From the NCBI GenBank assembly GCA_937881155.1, contig CALGFI010000037.1, positions 1-30,579 on the forward strand: a DNA stretch of 30,579 nt, in the 5' to 3' direction. Both the position numbers and the translations under genes were made by a program. Within the stretch, counting starts at the first letter, position 1. Each line of letters opens with the position of its first letter. Origin of the DNA: an uncultured bacterium (GTDB lineage: Bacteria > Actinomycetota > UBA4738 > HRBIN12). A model generated the notes under the pieces. The model worked only from the letters and a program-made list of their open reading frames with translations. It did not search any database and was not told where the DNA came from. Positions 1 to 8,751 of the stretch are shown piece after piece.

Positions 1-1
1 G

Positions 2-88
2 GCCAACCAGCTCACGCCATGGGTGAGCGATTCCGGCGAGTTCGCGGTGGTGTTCCGTCCGCTCCTGCCAGACGAGCACACCTGCTGA
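2..88 (+). CDS. 3' end of an upstream CDS (partial, unknown product)
   Basis: Frame 2 is open from the window start (ANQLTPWVSDSGEFAVVFRPLLPDEHTC) to TGA at 86-88, and a strong hairpin follows. Confidence 0.4.
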   Translation, partial: ANQLTPWVSDSGEFAVVFRPLLPDEHTC

Positions 89-95
89 GGTCCTC

Positions 96-130
96 CCGTG
101 GGACCGGACGCCCGTCGTTCGGTCCCACGG
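96..130 (+). terminator. GC-rich hairpin, probable terminator
   Basis: Perfect 11-bp inverted repeat ccgtgggaccg (96-106) / cggtcccacgg (120-130), 8 nt after the stop; no clear U-tract. Confidence 0.55.
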
Positions 131-267
131 CTACTCAAAGCTCGTTTCTGGCGTGACGTGTCCGGGCCTCGTCCCCGAACGGGCCTACTGACACACCCTC
201 GGTCTGTAGACGGTCAACTCCCCCCTTCGACGAGCCGATATCTACGGCACGGAGAGAAAGGGAGTAC

Positions 268-2136
268 GTGGACCCGACGTCCCACCAGGGACGCGTGCCT
301 GCGTTGGCTGCACTGCGGGAGCTCCTCGATCATCTCGGGGAGTTGCCCGAGCGTGCGCGTGAGCTCCTAGACGTCATCGGGGACGACCTCCACCGGGTCG
401 ACTCCGAGCTTCGGGAGCTCGACGCCAGGTACCGCGCCCTCGTCGAGCAGATCCCGGCGATCGTCTACGTCGACCTGGCCGACGAGTCCATGGCCACCAC
501 GTACGTGAGCCCCCAGATCGAGGCCCTCCTCGGTTTCACACAGCAGGAGTACATCGACGACCCGGAGCTCTGGACGAGACAGCTGCACCCCGACGACCGG
601 AAGCAGGCGCTCGACACGTACACCCGAGGACGGGAGGCGGGTGAACCGTTCACGTTCGAGTACCGGCTCATGTCCACCGACGGGCGACAGGTGTGGTTCC
701 GGGACAGCGCCGTCGTCATCCACGACGAGAACGGCGATCCCGCCTTCATCGAGGGCGTCATGCTCGACATCACCGACCGTAAGAACGCGGAGGAGCAGGC
801 CGCGTTCCTCGCCTATCACGACAAGCTGACCGGCCTTCCGAACAAGGCGATGTTCGAGGAGCTCCTCAGCCTCGCGATCGCGCGAGCGCGCCGCCACGAC
901 ATGGCCGTCGCGGTGATCAGCACGGATCTCGACGACTTCAAGCTCGTGAACGACAGCCTTGGTCACGAGAAGGGAGACGAGCTCATCCGTCAGCTCGCCG
1001 ACCGCCTCCGCGAGGCGACGCGAGAGACCGACCTCGTGGCCAGGCAGAGCGGCGACGAGTTCCTACTGCTCCTCGCCGACATCGACCGTTCAGGCCCGCC
1101 GGGCTCACCCGACGCCGCTGTGCTCGTCGCCGAGGGTGTGGCCGCGCGCGTTCGCGAGGCCCTCATCGCGCCGTTCGATCTCGGCGACACCGAGGTGTAT
1201 CTCAGCGCCAGCATGGGCATCGCGCTCTACCCGAACCACGCCCACGAGCCGGCCGAGCTGCTGAGGAACGCGGGCGCTGCGATGTTCCGGAGCAAACGAA
1301 ACTCGTCGGGCGGCTACTCCACCTACGCCCACGAGAACGTCGACGCGCTCGGACGGCTGTCGCTCTCGACGCTGCTGCGCAAGGCCGTCGAGCAACAACA
1401 CTGGGAGCTCCACTACCAACCGATCGTCGACCTCGCCGACGGAAAGACCATCGGCGTCGAGGCGCTGATCCGATTGAACGACCCGAACGGCGGTCTCGTG
1501 CCGCCCGGCGAGTTCATCCCGCTGGCGGAGGAGATGGGCCTGATCGAGATGATCGGTGACTGGGTCATCGAGGAGGTCGCGCGACAGGACGCCGCCTGGC
1601 GTGAGGAGGGACTCGAACTCGAGCTGTCCTTCAACCTGTCGCCGCGTCAACTGTGGCAGCCCGACGTCGCCACGCGGATCCTGACCAGGCTGGCCACGCG
1701 GGACGTCGCGGCGCCCCGAACGATCGTCGAGGTGACCGAGTCCACGGCGATGACGGATCCCGATCGCACCCTGCGGACCCTGTGGGACCTCCACGCGAAG
1801 GGCCTGCGCCTGGCGATCGACGATTTCGGCACGGGGTACTCGTCGCTGTCGCGCCTGGCGCACATGCCCGTCGACGTCTTGAAGATCGACCGTTCCTTCA
1901 TCCACGAGGTTCACGCCGACGAGCAGGCGGGCAACATGGTGAAGGCGATCATCCAGCTCGCCGAGGGTCTCGGCATGACGCCGCTCGCCGAGGGCATCGA
2001 AACGGCGCAGGAATGGCAGTTCCTCGTCGAGAACGGCTGCCGGCTCGGGCAGGGCTACTACTTCTGCAAGCCCGTCCCCGCGGCGGACGTCCTGGCGCGT
2101 CACCGTCGCGCTGGGCTACAGGTCGTCGGCGACTAG
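268..2136 (+). CDS. PAS-GGDEF-EAL c-di-GMP metabolism protein
   Basis: SD GGAG before GTG. PAS (W..QLHPDDR); DLDDFKLVNDSLGHEKGD; RETD I-site followed by SGDEF; EAL, EVTE, DDFGTGYSSL, KIDRSF, EGIE and QGY motifs all present. Confidence 0.95.
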   Translation: MDPTSHQGRVPALAALRELLDHLGELPERARELLDVIGDDLHRVDSELRELDARYRALVEQIPAIVYVDLADESMATTYVSPQIEALLGFTQQEYIDDPELWTRQLHPDDRKQALDTYTRGREAGEPFTFEYRLMSTDGRQVWFRDSAVVIHDENGDPAFIEGVMLDITDRKNAEEQAAFLAYHDKLTGLPNKAMFEELLSLAIARARRHDMAVAVISTDLDDFKLVNDSLGHEKGDELIRQLADRLREATRETDLVARQSGDEFLLLLADIDRSGPPGSPDAAVLVAEGVAARVREALIAPFDLGDTEVYLSASMGIALYPNHAHEPAELLRNAGAAMFRSKRNSSGGYSTYAHENVDALGRLSLSTLLRKAVEQQHWELHYQPIVDLADGKTIGVEALIRLNDPNGGLVPPGEFIPLAEEMGLIEMIGDWVIEEVARQDAAWREEGLELELSFNLSPRQLWQPDVATRILTRLATRDVAAPRTIVEVTESTAMTDPDRTLRTLWDLHAKGLRLAIDDFGTGYSSLSRLAHMPVDVLKIDRSFIHEVHADEQAGNMVKAIIQLAEGLGMTPLAEGIETAQEWQFLVENGCRLGQGYYFCKPVPAADVLARHRRAGLQVVGD

Positions 2137-2174
2137 CGGCCTCGCGACGGAACGGCGGCCGGCAGAGCCGCGAC

Positions 2175-3371
2175 CTAGACGAGCCGCCGGCGCCTGGAGC
2201 GAAGACCCGATCGTCGCCCCGACGCGGACGCGGAGTACACCACGCGTGGCGGCGCGACCCTCATGCCATCGAGCTCGAACGCCTCGTGCAGCGCGAGACG
2301 CGCGGCCATCCGGCCGACGTCGCCCTGCTGCTCGGCGGTGACGAGCGTGATCCCGGTACCGGTCCTGCCCGCGCGCGCCGTTCGACCGATCCGGTGGACG
2401 TACGACTTTTCGTCCTGCGGCGGGTCGTAGTTCACGACGTGAGTGATGCCGTCGAGGTCCAGCCCGCGGGCGGCGACGTCCGTCGCAACGAGAACGTCGA
2501 CCCGTGCCGCCTCGAAGCGCTCGAGCGCGCGCTGACGAGCCACTTGCGTCATGTCGCCGTGGAGCGGGGCGGCTTTGATGCCCTTCTCGGCGAGTTTGCG
2601 GACCAAGCGGTCGGCGCCGCGCTTGGTGCGGACGAACACGAGCGTGAGCCCGTCGTCGTGCCGGAGGAGCTCGGCGAGCGCGTCCGCCTTCGAATGTGCC
2701 GAGACGGAGACGAATCTGTGGTCGACACCCTCTGCCGACTCGATGCTCGCTTCCACCTCGTGCAGGACGGCCTGACGCGTGTACAAGCGGGCCATCGCGC
2801 CGACGGCTCCGTCGAGCGTCGCCGAGAAGAACATCGTCTGGCGATCCTTGGTGATGCGGCCGACGATCTGGTCGACCTGGGGCTGGAACCCCATGTCGAG
2901 CATTCGGTCCGCCTCGTCCAGGACGAGGATCCGAACATGGCCGAGATCGACGAGCCGACGTTCCGCGAGGTCCCGTAGCCGGCCGGGCGTCGCGACGAGC
3001 ACGTGTGCTCGCCTGATATCGCGTGCTTGCTCGCGCACCCTGGTACCGCCGTACGCGACGCCCACGCGAAGACCCTTCGCCTTCGCGACGGCGTCGAAGT
3101 CGTCGGCGACCTGCTGCGCGAGCTCACGTGTCGGGACCAGGACGAGGGCGACCGGCGCGGCTTCTTCGGCACGCACTCGCTCCACGATCGGCAGCGCGAA
3201 CGCGAGCGTCTTGCCCGAGCCCGTTCGCGAACGGGCGAGGATGTCGCGACCGGAGATCGCGTCGGCGATCACAAGAGACTGGACGGGGAACGGTGTATCG
3301 ATGCCGAGCGCGCGCAGCGCCTCGACGACTGGTTCGGACACGCCGAGCTCGGCGAAGGTAGCAGTGGGCAC
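2175..3371 (-). CDS. DEAD-box ATP-dependent RNA helicase
   Basis: Q motif (FPVQ), GSGKT, PTRELA, TPGR, DEAD, SAT, ARGLD, HRIGRTAR; basic C-terminal tail; SD AAGGAG. Confidence 0.97.
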   Translation of the reverse strand: MPTATFAELGVSEPVVEALRALGIDTPFPVQSLVIADAISGRDILARSRTGSGKTLAFALPIVERVRAEEAAPVALVLVPTRELAQQVADDFDAVAKAKGLRVGVAYGGTRVREQARDIRRAHVLVATPGRLRDLAERRLVDLGHVRILVLDEADRMLDMGFQPQVDQIVGRITKDRQTMFFSATLDGAVGAMARLYTRQAVLHEVEASIESAEGVDHRFVSVSAHSKADALAELLRHDDGLTLVFVRTKRGADRLVRKLAEKGIKAAPLHGDMTQVARQRALERFEAARVDVLVATDVAARGLDLDGITHVVNYDPPQDEKSYVHRIGRTARAGRTGTGITLVTAEQQGDVGRMAARLALHEAFELDGMRVAPPRVVYSASASGRRSGLRSRRRRLV

Positions 3372-3516
3372 GTTCTCTCCTTACTTGCACCGGCGGATCA
3401 CGCCGCGGGCGATCGTGGGGAGGTTTCGATCTTGGCCCCGAGACCGCCTGAAGGAGGAACGAGGGGGAGGAGCGGAACCTCACAGGACGGCGACGCCGTC
3501 CTTGGCATTCACACTA
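3371..3516 (-). promoter_or_regulatory. Promoter and structured 5' UTR of the DEAD-box helicase gene
   Basis: Extended -10 TGgTAGTGT (hexamer 3511-3516), 5' hairpin at 3484-3502, and an anti-SD segment at 3451-3461 complementary to the SD/start region 3371-3382. Confidence 0.55.
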
Positions 3517-3527
3517 CCAGGAGCGCT

Positions 3528-4160
3528 TCACCGGACGACGAGCGCGACCATCGCGAAGTGGCAGGCGGCGGCCGCGACCTGGAAGACGTGCCACACCTCG
3601 TGGTAGCCGAACGTCGCCGGACGAGGGTCGGGACGACGCCTCGCGAGCACGATCGCGCCGCCCGTGTAGAGGAGCCCGCCGACAATCATCAGAACCGCAC
3701 CGGCCAGCCACATCGCGTCCACGAGTTGCGGGAGCGCGACGACGGCCAACCAACCAAGCGCGATGTACAACACCGCGCTCGCGACGCCGAGCCCGTCCGG
3801 ACGCGCAAGCTTCAGCGCGACACCGACCGCGGCGCCGGACCACGCGATGGACAGCAGGACCGCCTCCCATGGCCCGCGCAGCGCGAGGACCGTTACCGGT
3901 GTGTAGGTTCCGGCGATCAACACGTAGATCATCGAGTGGTCGAGGCTCTTCATGCGCACCCGCGCCCGCGGCGACCATCGACCGACGTGGTACGCGGCGC
4001 TGGCGCCGAACAGCGCAACCAGGCTCGTCGCGTAGATCGATGCCACGGCCGTCGCCACGGCGCCGCGCGCGATCAGCACGAGCGCGATCGCGGCCGGCAG
4101 GGAGACGAAGAAGGCGGCCTGATGAATCTTGCCTCGGAGGCGAGGCACCGGCGCTTCCAC
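3528..4160 (-). CDS. Hemolysin III / PAQR family membrane protein
   Basis: RLRGKIH, SAAYH, LDHSMIYVLIAGTYTP and FGYHEVWH motifs, with about 7 hydrophobic segments. Start placed at GTG 4160, 8 nt after a TAGGAT -10 (leaderless). Confidence 0.92.
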   Translation of the reverse strand: MEAPVPRLRGKIHQAAFFVSLPAAIALVLIARGAVATAVASIYATSLVALFGASAAYHVGRWSPRARVRMKSLDHSMIYVLIAGTYTPVTVLALRGPWEAVLLSIAWSGAAVGVALKLARPDGLGVASAVLYIALGWLAVVALPQLVDAMWLAGAVLMIVGGLLYTGGAIVLARRRPDPRPATFGYHEVWHVFQVAAAACHFAMVALVVR

Positions 4161-4203
4161 GGCGGCCGATCCTACCGGCAAAACGTTCCGGTACCCTCCG
4201 GGC

Positions 4204-5925
4204 ATGGCGCGCGACCTCGCCCGCAGACTGGCAGTCGCGAGGGGCGACGAGCCCGCCGATGTCGTACTTCGGGGCGGCACGGTGCTCTCGGTGTTCACGG
4301 GGGAGCTCGTCCCCGCGGACGTCGCCATCTCGGGCGAGTACGTCGCGGGCGTCGGCGAGGGCTACGAAGGGTCTGAGATCGCCGACGTCTCGGGCCTGAT
4401 CCTTCTTCCCGGTCTCGTCGACGGCCACATGCACATCGAGTCGACCAAGCTGATGGTCGACGAGTTCGCTCGCGCCGCCCTCCCGTGGGGAACGACGACG
4501 GTCGTGCTCGATCCGCACGAGATCGCGAACGTCTTCGGCCTCGACGGTGTTCGGTCGATCCTCCGGAGCGCGGACCAGGTACCCCTCGACTACTTCGTCA
4601 TGGCATCGTCGTGCGTTCCCGCCTCGCCGTTCGAATCCAGCGCCGCGACCGTCACCGCCGACGACATCGCGCGATTTCTCGCCGAGGAACCGAACGCGAT
4701 TGGGCTCGCGGAGATGATGGACTTCCCCGGTGTCGTCGGCGGAGCCGACGACGCCATTGCCAAGATCGAAGCCGCGACCGGCCGGCAGATCGACGGGCAC
4801 GCTCCGGGTCTTTCGGGACGCGCGCTGAACGCCTACCTCGCGGCCGGCGTCAGGAGCGACCACGAATGCACGACGTTCGATGAGGCGCTCGAGAAGCGAC
4901 GCCTCGGCATGTGGATCATGATCCGCGAGGGATCGGCGGCGAAGAACCTCGAGGCCCTTGTTCCGCTGGTGCGGCGCTTCGGCCCAACCAACTGCCTGCT
5001 CTGCACGGACGACCTCGAGCCGGATCATCTGCTCGAACAGGGTCACGTCAACGACCTCGTCCGGAAGGCCGTCGCCTTGGGAGTCGCACCCGCCGACGCG
5101 GTCGTCATGGCGACGCTGAACGCCGCGCGGTATCACCGCCTGTACGAGCACGGCGCCGTTGCCCCCGGTTACCTCGCAGACGTGGTCGCCGTTCCGGACC
5201 TCGCGTCGTTCCGACCCGCGCGCGTTTGGAAGCGGGGACGCCTGGTCGCCGAGGACGGGCGGGCCCTCCCCGTTCCGAAGGTCAAAGCCCCGGACTGGAT
5301 GCGGGGCAGCGTCCGCGTGCGGCAGCTCTCGGGTGGTGACTTCGCGATCGTCGCCAACGGGCGCGTCCGAGTGATCGGTGTCGAGGCCGGACAGATCGTG
5401 ACGAAGGCGCTCCAGGACGAGCCGGGCCGCCGCAACGGAGTCGCGGCCGCCGATCCGGAACGCGACCTGGCGAAGATGGCCGTCGTCGAGCGTCACAAGG
5501 AAACGGGTCGCATCGGGCTCGGGTTCGTCCGCGGCTTCGGTCTCCAGCGCGGCGCGCTCGCGTCGACGCACGCGCACGACGCCCACAACGTTGTCGTCGT
5601 TGGAGTCGACGACGACGACATGGCCGCCGCGGCGAACAGACTCCGCGAGATCGGCGGCGGTCAGGTCGCCATGGCGGACGGTCGCGTCGTCGGCGAGGTC
5701 GCTTGCCCGATCGGCGGACTGATCTCTGACCGCCCCGTCGAGGAGGTCGCGTCGTCCGTGCACGCGATCGGCGTCGCCGCGCGCGAACAGCTCGGGGCGA
5801 CGCTCCCCTCGCCGTTCATGGCGATGTCGTTCATGGCGCTGTCGGTCGTTCCCGAGCTGAAGTTGACCGATCGCGGCCTGATCGACGTCGATCGGTTCGA
5901 GATCGTCCCGCTCGAGGTCGGTTAA
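4204..5925 (+). CDS. ade: Adenine deaminase
   Basis: DGHMHIES, DPHEIANVFG, DGHAP, SDHEC, REGSAAKNL, CTDD and HDAHN motifs. ATG at 4204 lies 6 nt after TACCCT. Confidence 0.95.
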   Translation: MARDLARRLAVARGDEPADVVLRGGTVLSVFTGELVPADVAISGEYVAGVGEGYEGSEIADVSGLILLPGLVDGHMHIESTKLMVDEFARAALPWGTTTVVLDPHEIANVFGLDGVRSILRSADQVPLDYFVMASSCVPASPFESSAATVTADDIARFLAEEPNAIGLAEMMDFPGVVGGADDAIAKIEAATGRQIDGHAPGLSGRALNAYLAAGVRSDHECTTFDEALEKRRLGMWIMIREGSAAKNLEALVPLVRRFGPTNCLLCTDDLEPDHLLEQGHVNDLVRKAVALGVAPADAVVMATLNAARYHRLYEHGAVAPGYLADVVAVPDLASFRPARVWKRGRLVAEDGRALPVPKVKAPDWMRGSVRVRQLSGGDFAIVANGRVRVIGVEAGQIVTKALQDEPGRRNGVAAADPERDLAKMAVVERHKETGRIGLGFVRGFGLQRGALASTHAHDAHNVVVVGVDDDDMAAAANRLREIGGGQVAMADGRVVGEVACPIGGLISDRPVEEVASSVHAIGVAAREQLGATLPSPFMAMSFMALSVVPELKLTDRGLIDVDRFEIVPLEVG

Positions 5926-7781
5926 CCCAAGAGCGAGCGAACGGTCTCGGCGATCTTCGACGCCGAGATGCCCGCCCACTCGCGCATCTCTTCGGGCTTG
6001 CCGGATCCGGGCATGTCACGAACCGCGATGACGTGCACTCGGCCGGCGATCTCACCTTCACTCGCGAGCGCGCCCAGCACCGCCTCTCCGAGACCGCCCT
6101 CCGGCCAGTGGTCCTCGACGGTCACCACTAGTCCCGTCTGGGCGAGCGCCGTATGGAGCGTACCGGCGTCGATCGGCTTGATCGAGAACGCGTCGATCAC
6201 GCGCGCCGAAATGCCGTCGTTGGCGAGCGCGTCGGCCGCCTTCATCGATTCGAACACCGTGACGCCGGCGCCGACGAGCGTGACGCGGTCGTCTGCCGAC
6301 GAGCGGACCACGACACTCCCGCCCACCTGGAACTCGACGTCCGCGTCGTAGAGCTTCGGCGTCTTCTCACGCGTCGTCCGCAGATACGAGATGCCCGGAA
6401 GGTCGGCCATCGCGACGACGAGCTTGGCCGTCGAGTTGCCGTCCGCGGGGTAGAGGACGGTCGATCCGTGGACCGCGCGCATCATCGCCAGGTCCTCGAG
6501 CGCCATCTGCGACGGTCCGTCCTCGCCGATCGAGACGCCCGCGTGCGAGCCGGACAACCGAAGGTCCGCGCGGCTGATCGCGGCCATCCGGACGAAGTCG
6601 TACGCACGCGTGAAGAACGCGCCAAAGGTCGCGGCGAACGCCGTCTTGCCGAGCGACTGCAGGCCGACGGCCATGCCGACCATGGCCTGCTCGGCGATGT
6701 AGCTCTCGACGAAGCGCTCGGGAGCGACCTTCTGAAAGTCCTCGGTGTGGGTCGAGTTCGACACCTCTCCGTCCAGGACGACGACCTCCGGCCGGGCGGC
6801 CAGCGCGGCGAGTGTCTCGCCGAACGCCTTCCGCGTGGCGATCTCTCCCTCGTACGTCGGCACCGTCACGGCGCCGCCGCGTTCGACCGGCCAGGCCCCA
6901 GCCTCCGGTTTCGGTGGAGTCACGTGGAGGTCGCGTACGCCGCCGAGCTCCGCGATCGCGCGCTCGGCCTCCTCGGACGACAACGCCTTGCCGTGCCACC
7001 CGTCCTTGTCCTCCAGGAACGAGACGCCGTGACCCTTCTGCGTCTTGGCCACGACGAGCGCCGGGCGCCCGGCGGACTCGGCATCGCGGTACGCGGCATC
7101 GATCGCCTCGACGTCGTGACCGTCGACCGTGACCGCGTACCAGCCGAACGCCCTGACGCGCTCGGCATAGACGTCGCCCTGCCACTCGAGCATCGTCGGA
7201 CCGCGCTGCCCCAGCCGATTCATGTCGAGGATCGCGATCAGGTTGTCGACGCCGTGGAACGACGCGTTCTCGAACGCCTCCCACACGGAACCCTCCGTCG
7301 ACTCCGAGTCCCCGAGCATGACCCACACGCGCGCGGGGATCCGGTCCAGCTTCATCGCCAGCGCCATTCCGAGGCCGATCGGCAGCCCCTGCCCGAGCGA
7401 TCCCGTGGCCACGTCGATCCACGGCATGTCGGGGAGCGGCACCGGATGGCCTTGGACCGGCGAGCCGAACCTCCGGAACGTCATCAGCTGCTCGTCGTCG
7501 ATCGCCCCGATCGCCTTCAACGTCGCGTACATCAGCGGCGACGCGTGACCCTTCGACAGGACGAACCGGTCGTTCGCGAGGTTCTTGGGATCGGACACAT
7601 GGGTGCGCAGATGCGCCGTGTACAGGACGGCCACCAGATGAGCAGCCGAGAGGGAGGACGTGGGGTGTCCCGATCCCGCCGCCGTCGACGAGCGGATCGA
7701 GTCGACGGCGAGCTGGGCTGCGAGCTCTCTCCACTCGTCCCGCGACGTGGCCGGTTCGGATGCGCGAACGTCGTTCTGCAT
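5922..7781 (-). CDS. tkt: Transketolase (short, ~620-aa single-chain type)
   Basis: SGHPTSS, SKGHA, GSLGQG, ThDP motif GDSE..EG..WE...N, IAEQ, SIGEDGPSQ, VEDHW; SD GGAGGT. Confidence 0.93.
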   Translation of the reverse strand: MQNDVRASEPATSRDEWRELAAQLAVDSIRSSTAAGSGHPTSSLSAAHLVAVLYTAHLRTHVSDPKNLANDRFVLSKGHASPLMYATLKAIGAIDDEQLMTFRRFGSPVQGHPVPLPDMPWIDVATGSLGQGLPIGLGMALAMKLDRIPARVWVMLGDSESTEGSVWEAFENASFHGVDNLIAILDMNRLGQRGPTMLEWQGDVYAERVRAFGWYAVTVDGHDVEAIDAAYRDAESAGRPALVVAKTQKGHGVSFLEDKDGWHGKALSSEEAERAIAELGGVRDLHVTPPKPEAGAWPVERGGAVTVPTYEGEIATRKAFGETLAALAARPEVVVLDGEVSNSTHTEDFQKVAPERFVESYIAEQAMVGMAVGLQSLGKTAFAATFGAFFTRAYDFVRMAAISRADLRLSGSHAGVSIGEDGPSQMALEDLAMMRAVHGSTVLYPADGNSTAKLVVAMADLPGISYLRTTREKTPKLYDADVEFQVGGSVVVRSSADDRVTLVGAGVTVFESMKAADALANDGISARVIDAFSIKPIDAGTLHTALAQTGLVVTVEDHWPEGGLGEAVLGALASEGEIAGRVHVIAVRDMPGSGKPEEMREWAGISASKIAETVRSLLG

Positions 7782-7864
7782 GGGGGACCTCCGGAGCTCG
7801 CGTTCGGACCATTCAGCTTACGAGCGCCTGCGGCCCAACGAGGCCCTGCTACCCTGAGCGACGA

Positions 7865-8152
7865 ATGGCCGACTACAAGGAAGTTCGCGTCGAGCGCCTG
7901 TACCTCAAGGTGCCGAACACCGACAAGCTTCGGAAGAACGCCGCCGGACGACACCGCCATCTTCTCGCGGCGGGGTGGCGGGAGGTCGAGCGGAAGCCGC
8001 AGGTCGATCATCTATGGGTGCGCTACGAGCGCTCCGGTCCGCCGCCGCTCAGGCTGCGACTGCCCCGTCCCGACAAGGACGCAGGGCGGTTCGAACGCCG
8101 CCCACGGGGCGGGCGAGACTTCGGGCGGGGCGGCCCGCGCGGACGTCGCTGA
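7865..8152 (+). CDS. Hypothetical 95-aa basic protein with RG/RGG-rich C-terminal tail
   Basis: ATG at 7865 after a TACCCT -10-like hexamer; high GC3 codon bias; ends just before a strong terminator; tail RRPRGGRDFGRGGPRGRR. Confidence 0.7.
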   Translation: MADYKEVRVERLYLKVPNTDKLRKNAAGRHRHLLAAGWREVERKPQVDHLWVRYERSGPPPLRLRLPRPDKDAGRFERRPRGGRDFGRGGPRGRR

Positions 8153-8185
8153 CGCCGGGCGGCAACGCCGGATCCACAGAACGTG

Positions 8186-8215
8186 ACGAGGGACCCGCGA
8201 TCGCGGGTCCCTCGT
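8186..8215. terminator. Bidirectional terminator between convergent genes
   Basis: Perfect 30-bp palindrome acgagggacccgcgatcgcgggtccctcgt, followed by a T-rich run on the + strand. Confidence 0.8.
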
Positions 8216-8241
8216 TCTCGTTCTTGCGTTCGTTGAACGGT

Positions 8242-8445
8242 TCAGCCGACGAGGCGGACGTTCGTGGCCTGCGGACCCTTGTCCCCCTGCGTCACCTCGA
8301 ACTCGACCTGCTGGCCCTCCTCGAGGTTGCGGTAGCCGGCGCCCTCGATCGCGCTGAAGTGCACGAAGACGTCCGGTCCACCTTCCTGGGAGATGAAGCC
8401 GTACCCCTTCTCCGGGCTGAACCACTTCACCGTACCGGTTGCCAC
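8242..8445 (-). CDS. cspA: Cold-shock protein (CSD)
   Basis: [12 protein letters not shown] (RNP1) and VFVHFSAI (RNP2); 67 aa; SD AAGGAGG. The symbol is a family-level name only. Confidence 0.97.
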   Translation of the reverse strand: MATGTVKWFSPEKGYGFISQEGGPDVFVHFSAIEGAGYRNLEEGQQVEFEVTQGDKGPQATNVRLVG

Positions 8446-8751
8446 TGAGCGATCCCTCCTTCCTCGGCCGTCCGGGCCTGTGGTGCCGCCCGTCGGGCCT
8501 CCGGCGCCCCGGCGCCGGGAGGGAACTGCTCGCGTTGCCGAACAACCGTGCGGTGCCCTCGACAGCCGACGATATCACCATGCCTAGGCGCGCCGCCTCG
8601 CGAGTCGGGCACGCACTTGCCGCCCCAAACTCCCGAATGATGTTCGGAGATCCGGCTGTTCGACTGAACGAACCGCGGGTACGATGTCCCGGTACCCTGA
8701 TCCTTCCGGCGCCCCGGCGACCCGGAATCGGCGCCGATGAGGGAACGAGCG

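Noticed and set aside
131-267. Possible c-di-GMP riboswitch upstream of the GGDEF-EAL gene
   Set aside because: I could not find the GEMM-I or class II conserved elements (GAAA tetraloop/receptor stems). An Rfam scan would be needed to exclude it fully.
4203-4206. Overlapping divergent ATG/CAT starts for ade and the hemolysin III gene
   Set aside because: GTG 4160, with a -10 hexamer at leaderless spacing, is a better hemolysin III start.
5922-5925. ade and tkt stop codons overlap on a TTAA palindrome, resembling an insertion target
   Set aside because: No transposase, terminal repeats or target duplication; this is a simple convergent overlap.
3514-8186. Long alternative-frame ORFs (e.g. 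3514..5979 -, 6153..8186 +, 1653..2978 +, 24202..25734 +)
   Set aside because: Shadow ORFs of real genes caused by high GC3. They are Arg/Gly/Pro-rich, have no recognisable motifs and overlap well-supported CDSs.
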